A DNA stretch of 64,000 nt. Origin: a virus (lineage: Duplodnaviria > Caudoviricetes). Under the pieces are notes generated by a model. It ran no database searches and had not been told where the DNA came from. It worked only from the letters and a program-made list of their open reading frames with translations. The stretch covers positions 189,297 to 253,296 of IMG/VR virus record IMGVR_UViG_3300021256_000002. The stretch is one strand, 5' to 3'. A program made the translations under genes and the position numbers. Within the stretch, counting starts at the first letter, position 1. Each line of letters opens with the position of its first letter. This document shows, in pieces, positions 31,926 to 40,157 of the stretch.

Positions 31926-32951
31926 ATGTTCCATAATACAACTAAAATTTGGGAAGGTATTAAGAATGTTAAAATTCTTACTATCAATGATTTAGACCAT
32001 CAAGTAGCTCTGGCGTATGCATGTCAAGGGATACGTGAAATAGATAGCGACATTACTATCGAAATCATTGATTGCACATGCAAAGCGGTAGTCCCTCCCA
32101 TAGTAGAAAACCCTGTTGATGATACAATGATTTTATTTTTAGGATACGTTCCTAACATGATGTATTTACACAACGTGATTTGTATGGTAAAGGATTACCA
32201 TGTGATATATATCGATAATGATATAATCCGTTTACAGAATCTTCGTAATCTGGAATGTGCTAAGAATATCAACGGGTTGATTATTCCTAACTTCAGTATA
32301 GGTGTATTGACGTATATGTACTTCAAATACAATATGAGATACGCTACATATGAATGGTCAACTCAAGTATTCTGTAAGGCGTACAATTATCCGTTGGAAT
32401 TAACCAACCCTGTTGAAGCTGCAAAAGTTTTGAATTTGGTAGATAGACCGGTTACAGACATTTCGATGTATACGTTATATCCAAAGGAACTGAAGTTTGC
32501 TGAATTCCGTAGATGTTGTGTATATCAAAATATCCTTGATTCCAATTTGGAAGATTTGAATGATCCTGGTATAATCAGTACTCTTAATGATTATATTGAT
32601 GCAGAGACTCTTGATACAGCAGCTGAATCTACTGATGTAGCGAACAAGCGTATCATGAATAACGCATATAAAGGTGTTCTTCGTAAATGTGAACATCTGA
32701 AAGTAATTGCTATCAATACACCAGAAGGAACTGGAATGACTTTCATAAACGGTAAAGTATGGGATAAATTCCATCTTGGTATATCATTCCACTTTGACGG
32801 CAATATGTGGTACAAAGTATGGAGACTGGGTCTTGAACCTGAAAAGAAAATCAACTGCGCAAAGATTGCTGAATCTTATGGTGGTCATGGCAGAGAATCT
32901 TATGGCGAATTCAGAACATCCGGTCAATTAGAAGTTTTAGCGATTAACTGA
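31926..32951 (+). CDS. Degenerate DHH/DHHA1-like phosphoesterase
   Basis: NDLD near the N-terminus, YIDND where IDHH is expected, C-terminal IAESYGGHG. Confidence 0.55.
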   Translation: MFHNTTKIWEGIKNVKILTINDLDHQVALAYACQGIREIDSDITIEIIDCTCKAVVPPIVENPVDDTMILFLGYVPNMMYLHNVICMVKDYHVIYIDNDIIRLQNLRNLECAKNINGLIIPNFSIGVLTYMYFKYNMRYATYEWSTQVFCKAYNYPLELTNPVEAAKVLNLVDRPVTDISMYTLYPKELKFAEFRRCCVYQNILDSNLEDLNDPGIISTLNDYIDAETLDTAAESTDVANKRIMNNAYKGVLRKCEHLKVIAINTPEGTGMTFINGKVWDKFHLGISFHFDGNMWYKVWRLGLEPEKKINCAKIAESYGGHGRESYGEFRTSGQLEVLAIN

Positions 32952-32955
32952 CTAG

Positions 32956-32991
32956 AATCCCACATGAGGAATTACCTCATGTGGGATTTTT
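32956..32991. terminator. Terminator between convergent genes
   Basis: AATCCCACATGAGG/CCTCATGTGGGATT stem. Confidence 0.8.
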
Positions 32992-32994
32992 ATG

Positions 32995-33351
32995 TTAACG
33001 CTTAGCTATAACGATAGTCACCGTATTACCATCTGTTTTGGTAATTTCAGCTGAATATTCATCATGATTCCAAGCACAACTTGATTGACACTTCAAAAGA
33101 TGAATCAAGTCATCACCAAATTCAACATTCGTAGTCAGGATGAAAGAAAGAGTATCACTCAAAAGACACTCAACATCATCTATTTTTTTGATGATTTCAT
33201 CAGCCGCTATGATATTATAGGCATAAGCGAATTTCAAATAATGATTTGTTATCAAGTCTTCGAAATACGCAAGATCATTCAGATGCTTATCAAGAGTTTT
33301 GTTGAAGACTTGGATTCGATTTTTTTCCATACCAATCATCCTCGTGTCCAA
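32995..33351 (-). CDS. Hypothetical protein
   Basis: 118-aa ORF in operon orientation. Confidence 0.7.
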   Translation of the reverse strand: MDTRMIGMEKNRIQVFNKTLDKHLNDLAYFEDLITNHYLKFAYAYNIIAADEIIKKIDDVECLLSDTLSFILTTNVEFGDDLIHLLKCQSSCAWNHDEYSAEITKTDGNTVTIVIAKR

Positions 33352-33354
33352 CGT

Positions 33355-33620
33355 CTACCTTTTACTTATTCGATTTCTAATCTCGTTCATTTCACGTTCA
33401 CGAGCTTCTTTCTCTCTCAAACGTTTTTCTTCTTCAGCTTCTTTGAGTTTTCGTTGTATACGAATATCTCTCCGTTGAATTAGTTCTTTGAGACTCATTG
33501 ATTCAAGTACATGAATATCACCAAGTTCACCTTTGAACATTTCAGCGGTTTCATCAATCAGCTGCCAATAACGAGTTATTCGATCGTTGTCTGAGTTCGG
33601 CGTTGGACTCGCTGAAAAAG
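33355..33620 (-). CDS. Small ORF probably reached by -1 frameshift from the upstream gene (chaperone extension)
   Basis: Frame is open back to CTTTTTC (33620-33614); no RBS before ATG 33540; reads YWQLIDETAEMFKGELGDIHVLESMSLKEL. Confidence 0.55.
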
Positions 33621-35144
33621 CAATCTATCCAGATTCATGCTGTATGCACCATGGTGATGTCCGCAATTCGTACATACAACGTCATCAAGACCGTAAGTAA
33701 CTGTATACGGACGGAGCATACGAGTAATCATAGTTTCGATGGTTGCCAGCTGTTCATCATTGAAAGTCTTCATGAATTCAACAATGTCTTCCAGAGTGTC
33801 GATTTCATCATACTCGAGATCATCGAAGTTATCTACCTCATCCAGATTTACCGGAACCAGAATACGACGAATGTTATGAGCAAATACAACCATACGAGTA
33901 TCAGCACCGTTTATCATTTCCGGAGTGATACGCGGCAGGATGTTTTCAACCTGCTCCTTGACACTCGGCACATAGATATCTACAAGGATTGCACTGATAT
34001 CATCCGTACGGAAACGTACCAACGAAGAAACAACAGAGTTGTCAATCATGTACTTGTAGTTATCTTCCTTGCTGTGATACATACTGCGTTCGAACAAGTC
34101 GTTCATTACCGCAACACGTTCAGGCGGAACATCGGTTGTACGAAGAAGAGCCCGATTGTTGTACTTGACCGTAAAGTCTTTCTGACAGTTCGGACGAGTA
34201 CATGTAAAAGTTACGCTATCTTCTTCAGGATAAGAGTTACACAGAATCGTGTAGATAAAGTTATTGTAATCGGCATATGCCGTATGAGAAATGAAATCAT
34301 CAAACGTCTTGAAATCACCTACAGAGCAATCAGTCAGTTTGCTGTAAATCAAAGACCATTTCTCAAGCAGACTAGCCGTGCTTTCATTCTGCGTCGGGCG
34401 CTGAATGAGCTGAAGAGATTCAGAAGACGACACATTCATCATCTTACCAGTATACAGTGAAGCCAATGCCATCACCGGTGCATAAGAACGGTTATAAGAC
34501 CGCTTGGTGTACGTCGTCTTTTTAGTTTTATCATCCTTCTTACGGATTTTTACCGTATGAAGTTTCTTGTCTTCCACCTCAACGAGATGGATTTTCTTAG
34601 CCGCGTCGATACGTTTCTGCTCTTCTTCAGTGAAGTTCATCTGGCCCATACCGACCTTATCAATCAGAATGGTTACTTCATTTGCAAGGTCAGCGTTACG
34701 AGCTTCCTTCACTTCATCACTAGCATCTTCGCTATCAACTTCCTCAGGTTTCAAACCTTTTTCCTTAGCATATTTGATGCGGGCTTCTTCCATATTTTTC
34801 AAAATATGGGCAGGAAGCGGAAGAGTCTGACCATTACCAACATCCAAGAAGCGACGCTGTGCTTCGGGCAGATTCTCACGTGCAGCCTGAATCATTTCAT
34901 CCATTTCACGGAGTTCATCTTTAACCGCATTCATCGTACCATTGGTCATACCAGGTGCAATAGCACGATTAGGGTCGTTATTCGGAGTCGGTTTTTCAAC
35001 AACCACTCCTTTTCCAGTATACTCCTTATGAGGTTCTTCCGACTTACTCGGAACTACTTCAGCTTCGATGAAATCATCATCGTCGCCGAGAGTCGGCTCA
35101 GTAATGGGAGTAGCCTGATTTTTAAGTTTAGTTAAATCTTCCAT
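33576..35144 (-). CDS. Baseplate hub/tail assembly chaperone-like protein (T4 gp26-like C-terminal half)
   Basis: CTRPNC and CTNCGH Zn-binding pairs; adjacent to a gp25-like gene in a late operon. Confidence 0.6.
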   Translation of the reverse strand: MEDLTKLKNQATPITEPTLGDDDDFIEAEVVPSKSEEPHKEYTGKGVVVEKPTPNNDPNRAIAPGMTNGTMNAVKDELREMDEMIQAARENLPEAQRRFLDVGNGQTLPLPAHILKNMEEARIKYAKEKGLKPEEVDSEDASDEVKEARNADLANEVTILIDKVGMGQMNFTEEEQKRIDAAKKIHLVEVEDKKLHTVKIRKKDDKTKKTTYTKRSYNRSYAPVMALASLYTGKMMNVSSSESLQLIQRPTQNESTASLLEKWSLIYSKLTDCSVGDFKTFDDFISHTAYADYNNFIYTILCNSYPEEDSVTFTCTRPNCQKDFTVKYNNRALLRTTDVPPERVAVMNDLFERSMYHSKEDNYKYMIDNSVVSSLVRFRTDDISAILVDIYVPSVKEQVENILPRITPEMINGADTRMVVFAHNIRRILVPVNLDEVDNFDDLEYDEIDTLEDIVEFMKTFNDEQLATIETMITRMLRPYTVTYGLDDVVCTNCGHHHGAYSMNLDRLLFQRVQRRTQTTIE

Positions 35145-35171
35145 AAGATAAGTCTTCCTTTCGTCTTAAAA

Positions 35172-35636
35172 TTATTGACCGCCATGAATTAATGCAGGTC
35201 TTGTTACAGATATATTGGAAGATACCAAAGACTTATTTACTTGGGCGTATGCATGGTCTATCTCTCTAACAATATCTGAGAGGCAAACGATGTCAATATA
35301 AAGTACCCACATTCCACCATAATTAAGAGTGGAGATCTTGATATCCTCAATAGCTAATTGTGGTATGTATCGTTGATGTTGATCACGAATAATTTCTTTA
35401 AGTTCACCACCAGCTAACATATCAAGGTCATTGAACCTGTAACTATCAATAGATATTCCCATATCAGGGTCACTAGGAAAAGTCCCTTTTCTCATTAGCA
35501 TAAGTCGTTTACTCAAATTACCGTATGCTTCAGCATCATACAATACTTTCTGTTGTCTAAAATCGTTTAATTCAAAACTCAGTTCACCAATGAGGTGTTC
35601 TGATTCTGCAGGGATAATCCTTCCTTGCCTAAACAT
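35172..35636 (-). CDS. Baseplate wedge gp25-like protein
   Basis: LMRKGTFPSDPDMGISI...RYIP; start ATG 35636 behind GAGGTGG; TACA-N6-TAA at 35668-35656. Confidence 0.7.
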   Translation of the reverse strand: MFRQGRIIPAESEHLIGELSFELNDFRQQKVLYDAEAYGNLSKRLMLMRKGTFPSDPDMGISIDSYRFNDLDMLAGGELKEIIRDQHQRYIPQLAIEDIKISTLNYGGMWVLYIDIVCLSDIVREIDHAYAQVNKSLVSSNISVTRPALIHGGQ

Positions 35637-35751
35637 GATTAACCACCTCAATTCATTACTGAAATGTAACAAAAAGAAAAACATAATACTTTCTTATAAT
35701 AAAAGAAAACCCTAACGGAACTACATAAATTCCGTTAGGGTTTTTAACCTT

Positions 35752-38700
35752 TTAAATCATGATATCCGATTCGTCAACAATCTTTTCGATGTGTAAACAA
35801 CCATCATGATAGTTGTTCTTCATCTTGAAAGAACATGCGTCTTTCATCAATTGATACTTCGCATCGTAGTAATTAATGGCATCTTTGCCACCAATCCATA
35901 TCACCAACGTACCTTCCTTTTCCGCTTCATTACAGAGTTCCTCCGCAATAGTATATTCTCTATTCTGAGGTTCTGGTGTACTATCAAAGTACAATCCATC
36001 TGTCTTAGCGAATGGGACGACTGCGCCCGAGAGGCCTGGCGAGGATGATGAATACGTATTAATATCCAGATTGCCAATAAACGATGGATGAACACCACGT
36101 CATTATCTTCATATAGGGTCGTTAATCCTATACCGTTCTCTTATGAACTGCTGCATGTCACCATGCAGATGAGACTATATCTTCATCCTTGATAATTATC
36201 AAGGAGCCTCCTGTTTCGATTTAAGGGGTTCTCACCCACTCACTTGAGCCCTACTCCTATTGACGAGTTTCACGTCCAAGGGATAGTCGTTGAACTTTTA
36301 ATTCATAATAATCCGCGCTTTTTTAAACTCTTTTTTCTTAAATAGACCAAGCTTCGCCATTGTTGTGATGTGAAATTTGGTATATCTATAAGTTTACGGA
36401 TTTTCTTAGTTTTTAATCCTTTTAAAATTAATGCGTCGACTTGCTCATGGTATTTGGTATAATCTGGTCTAGAATAAACGTTTGGAAACTCGATATCTTT
36501 AGTAAATTCTTTCCAAATATGTTTATTTTTTATATCTGATAATTCAGATGATGATAAGTTAGTCTTTTTGGTAATTTTAGAATAAGGTTCATTCTTAAGA
36601 AGCATTTTAATTGCTTTTTTGACCTGTTTTTCGGTATGAGTTGTTGCATGATGTGATATACCATGTGGTAGATTAATCAAATTGTTACGATAAGCTCGTT
36701 GAACGTTAGTTTGATTACTTACCCATTCTAAATTAGATGGTACATTATTAGATTTATTCCCATCGATATGATCTACTTGTGGTAAATTATCAGGGTTAGG
36801 AACAAATGCATCAGCTACCAGCCTATGAACTTTTTTCTTTTTACCTCTAAGACTTGCGTTAAGATATAACTCTCTAGGCTCTCCTGACTTAGGAAGCCTG
36901 CCGGTTTTCTGTAACTTTAATTTTTTACCAGTTATACGATTAATAACTTCACCTCTACTAGAAACAGAGTACATGTCATCAATCGCTTTCCAAATTTCAA
37001 TAGTTTCCATATATTTCCTTTCTAGGATTATTATGAATTATTTAGCTGCTGATTGTCTCATATGAGAGTTCCCAGCAATTAAAGAGGGTACAATATATGA
37101 TTACTCATATACGGACCAGTTATGTTTAGCCGTATATTGACATTGTGACTCGATTTACTTCCGATCGAATTCGGCAAGGATCTTCGTATAAGTTCGTTAA
37201 GCTTATACCGTTCTCTTATGAACTGCTCTATATCACTATAGAAGTTGAGACTATATCTTTCTTCCCATAGGGAAGTTACCCATTTCGATTTAAGGGATTC
37301 TCACCCACCACTTGGCCCTACTCCTGTAGCAGACTTTCACTGCGTCAATTGGATAGTCGTTGAACGTTCTCTCATATGAGAGCTTCGCTGCTGATTGTCT
37401 CTTTCGAGAGGTTCCAGCAATTAAGGTATTGACGAATATAGGATTACTCCTATAATCAGGCCCTGACAACCTTTAATGGTATACTTTAATGCGCTAAATG
37501 TATCAAGATCATTTACTAAGTCATCGAATCTCATGAGCTGACTGTTCTGCATAGCCTGTATTACGAGGTTTCCAGAGAAGCTGAATATATTCGTTATGAC
37601 TTGATCAATATCAACTTTATTACCAAATGTAAGAATTCGATTTCATTATCTTCATATAAGTTCGTTAGGCTTATACCGTTCTCTTATGAACTGCTATATA
37701 TTGCTATATAGATGAGACTATATCATCATCTCAGAGAGATGGTTTCTATTTTGAACCACTTGGTCCTATTAGTCGTTGAACGTTCCTCCGTAGAGGCTTC
37801 GCTGCTGATTGTCCCAGAGGGAGTTCCCAGCAATTAAGAAACTTTGCTAATACCATCGCTGATATTAGGCGCAAAAATCTACGCTTTCACCGATTCTCAT
37901 TGATAATAAAGATGCGATACATTCGCCCAAACGTAATCGTTTAGTTGACAAATCGAGGTTATTCTTCTGACGTAATTCAGGGAAATTCTGTACCATCCAG
38001 CGGACTATACTGTAGATGGATATCTTATTTACCTGATTGATTTTAAGAACATCCTTTGACGTCAGGTCCAAAAGACGTTCAAAGAAACGCATGGTACTCT
38101 TACCAGAGTCCATCATCTTATCTGTATTCTTAGTATACAAACTACCGAGCTGTCCTAGCCAGTAGTCCTTGGTTACAATGTCTTCAATATGGGTCTTTGG
38201 AGCAAAGCATTCTCCCAACATTCCAACCATCGCTTTGATATAATCAAAGTTATCGAAGAAATGCTTATTGACTACCAATACAACATGCTTATTTGCATTG
38301 AAGTAGTAGTAATCTTTATCTGGTTCATCGGGTAAATCTTCATTAGCAATAACGGAGATTATCCTATCTACCATATAATAGGTAAGAGTCTTTGCAAAAC
38401 CCATCTTACAGAAGTAGAACAGCAGTACAGAGATGCTTCTACGGAATACCTTCATATAGAATACATTGAAGGTATATTCTTTCTCAGAGAATATCTCTTT
38501 GATAGTAGCCTTTCTATAATTTACCGGGATTGGCTGTAACGATTTGAATACCAAACCATCTTTCACTACATAAGTAGATGAATCAACCAACTGGTAGATT
38601 AAGAAGTATCTTTTACCCTTGAGGAAATAATAATTATTCTTATCTCTCTTAGGTAACAAGATAGACCGCTTTACATAACGTACAGCTCCATTTACTTCTA

Positions 38701-38995
38701 CTCGGAAGCGCATTGTAAGTTCAAAGACACGATTGTCTTTGATGAAATGATACTTTTTCTTAGCATCCTTCTTTTTACGTTTCTTCCTTGAAGTGATATA
38801 CTTATAATAGTCAATCTTAGACTCATCATACTCAATGGTATAATCATCAAGTAATTTGACAAATCCAGTAGACTCCAAGTTACGGAACACGTTGAGGACG
38901 TATTCAACAAGCTCCTTGTCGTAAGTACGATCAATGAGCTCATTGTTCAAATTAGCCTCGTAAGGATTACCAAGGTCTTTGATCATATCGATCAT
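35752..38995 (-). CDS. rpoB: Multisubunit RNA polymerase beta N-terminal subunit, four exons (38995-37881, 37643-37469, 37174-37128, 36100-35752; 561 aa spliced)
   Basis: YFLKGKRYFLIYQL, LSTKRLRLGE. Splicing restores ESVNRIL...KYTIKGPNSIG...IRLRGVHPSFIGNLDINTYSSSSPGLSG, matching bacterial beta GPGG...RDVHPTHYG. Frame preserved. Confidence 0.92.
36101..37127 (-). mobile_element. Group I intron C of the beta gene (1027 nt) carrying an HNH homing endonuclease
   Basis: Exon ends CGG-CT (IGS GGTCCGTATA), terminal G. The ORF sits between AATCAGCAGC and GTTCAACGACTA (P6 region). Confidence 0.93.
36303..37010 (-). CDS. Intron-encoded NUMOD4/HNH homing endonuclease
   Basis: EIWKAI..YSVSSRG, VHRLVADAF, VDHIDGNKSNN..NLEW; own AGAAAGGA RBS; AT-richer. 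Confidence 0.93.
   Translation of the reverse strand: METIEIWKAIDDMYSVSSRGEVINRITGKKLKLQKTGRLPKSGEPRELYLNASLRGKKKKVHRLVADAFVPNPDNLPQVDHIDGNKSNNVPSNLEWVSNQTNVQRAYRNNLINLPHGISHHATTHTEKQVKKAIKMLLKNEPYSKITKKTNLSSSELSDIKNKHIWKEFTKDIEFPNVYSRPDYTKYHEQVDALILKGLKTKKIRKLIDIPNFTSQQWRSLVYLRKKSLKKRGLL
37175..37468 (-). mobile_element. Group I intron B of the beta gene (294 nt, no ORF)
   Basis: Exon ends AAA-GGT (IGS GCCT), terminal G, next exon starts CCG-AAT; conserved core. Confidence 0.92.
37644..37880 (-). mobile_element. Group I intron A of the beta gene (237 nt, minimal, no ORF)
   Basis: Exon ends AGC-GT (IGS GCGC); P10 GATTT/AAATC; terminal G; conserved core. Confidence 0.92.
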
Positions 38996-39001
38996 AAAGT
39001 A

Positions 39002-39316
39002 TCATCCTTTCTTCTTTTGCGATATACTAACTGTTAATACTAGATCATCTGTAGGTTCACCTTCTAACGCAAAACGACTGTAAACCATCGTTGTAGATAA
39101 CCCATTGGCTAGTACTTTAAGTGCTTTGCTTCGGGTGTGCTTGCTGAGATACATTAATGAGTATAAGAATACTCCGATATCAGCTCTAGCGATAGTTTGT
39201 AACTTTTCAGGGTCGTCTGCATTGTCGTGAATATCTGTAAGCATCTTATGGAGTCTCAATGGACTCGGATTACAAGGCTCACCCATAATACGACCAATTA
39301 TATCAGTCATCATCAA
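39002..39316 (-). CDS. Hypothetical protein
   Basis: AAGGGGG RBS; directly upstream of the beta gene. Confidence 0.7.
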   Translation of the reverse strand: MMMTDIIGRIMGEPCNPSPLRLHKMLTDIHDNADDPEKLQTIARADIGVFLYSLMYLSKHTRSKALKVLANGLSTTMVYSRFALEGEPTDDLVLTVSISQKKKG

Positions 39317-39418
39317 AAAATTTTCCCCCTTACATGGTTTCCAAGCAATATAAAGAGGTGAGCGTAATGCTCACCTCAATTATTACTGCGCAGCACCTAT
39401 TTCTGCGTTAAGGCGGCA

Positions 39419-40105
39419 TTATTCGTCTTCGTTTTCGGTTACATCATCATCTTTGATGTTTACCTTGAAGGTTTCACCGCATTCGATATGCGGAAGAATC
39501 TTACCTTCATACTCAGACGTGCTGAAGATGTGGTACGTATCGAGATGAATCACGGAATCATGATTTTCACCAAGTACACGTGCCAGTTCATCGAAGAACT
39601 CCACGACAATCGTGAAGACAACTTCCGGGATAACTACATCCGTATTATACGGAGCCGGAATGAGAGCCTGATGAACTTCTTCACAAATCTTAATCAAGAT
39701 TTCTTTACAATCGTCCGGATATTCTTCCGGAGTAAAGTTGACCTCTTCCTTATTCTTAATCGGGAACGGGGTCAGGTCATCTTCGGAATAACCATTCTCG
39801 AAGATGCGAAGGAAGCGAGGACCAACCTTGATATCCGGTACAATGTTGCCGCCCTTTTCACCTTTGGAGTCAGGACGATTCACGACACTGTAAATCAGAT
39901 GATCCTTTACATTGATAACTTCACTCGGATGATTCCCGAGATATTCAGAGAGCTTGTTCAGGAACATGATCGTCGTCGTATACGAAAACGTATCCTCAAC
40001 GAACGTGAGGTGATTTCTCTCACTCAGACGCTTACGCACGTTCTTACAAATTGCCTCCAAACTCTTTTCACTTGCTTTCGGGAATGCCAATCCAATGTTT
40101 GCCAT
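39419..40105 (-). CDS. Acidic protein with two tandem HU/IHF-like repeats
   Basis: Internal duplication: ICKNVRKRL...IVPDIKVGPRF and ICEEVHQAL...ILPHIECGETFKVNIK, reminiscent of the HU VPxFKxGKxLK C-terminus. Confidence 0.5.
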   Translation of the reverse strand: MANIGLAFPKASEKSLEAICKNVRKRLSERNHLTFVEDTFSYTTTIMFLNKLSEYLGNHPSEVINVKDHLIYSVVNRPDSKGEKGGNIVPDIKVGPRFLRIFENGYSEDDLTPFPIKNKEEVNFTPEEYPDDCKEILIKICEEVHQALIPAPYNTDVVIPEVVFTIVVEFFDELARVLGENHDSVIHLDTYHIFSTSEYEGKILPHIECGETFKVNIKDDDVTENEDE

Positions 40106-40157
40106 AATTAAATTCCTTCTTTCTTGTAATTATAATTTTGACGTACTTACTTGTACA

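Noticed and set aside
33603-35135. Long antisense ORFs (33603-34460, 34557-35135; likewise 39488-40111, 17515-18072)
   Set aside because: Shadows of real genes caused by codon bias; no RBS or motifs.
35752-36098. ORFs 35752-35994 and 35901-36098 as independent genes or a pseudogene
   Set aside because: The first is the tail of beta exon 4; the second is out of frame. Splicing gives an intact gene.
28680-37880. Recurring GTTCTCTTATGAAC / GATAGTCGTTGAAC / GCTGCTGATTGTC as CRISPR or dispersed repeats
   Set aside because: No regular repeat-spacer period; these are the conserved cores of six group I introns.
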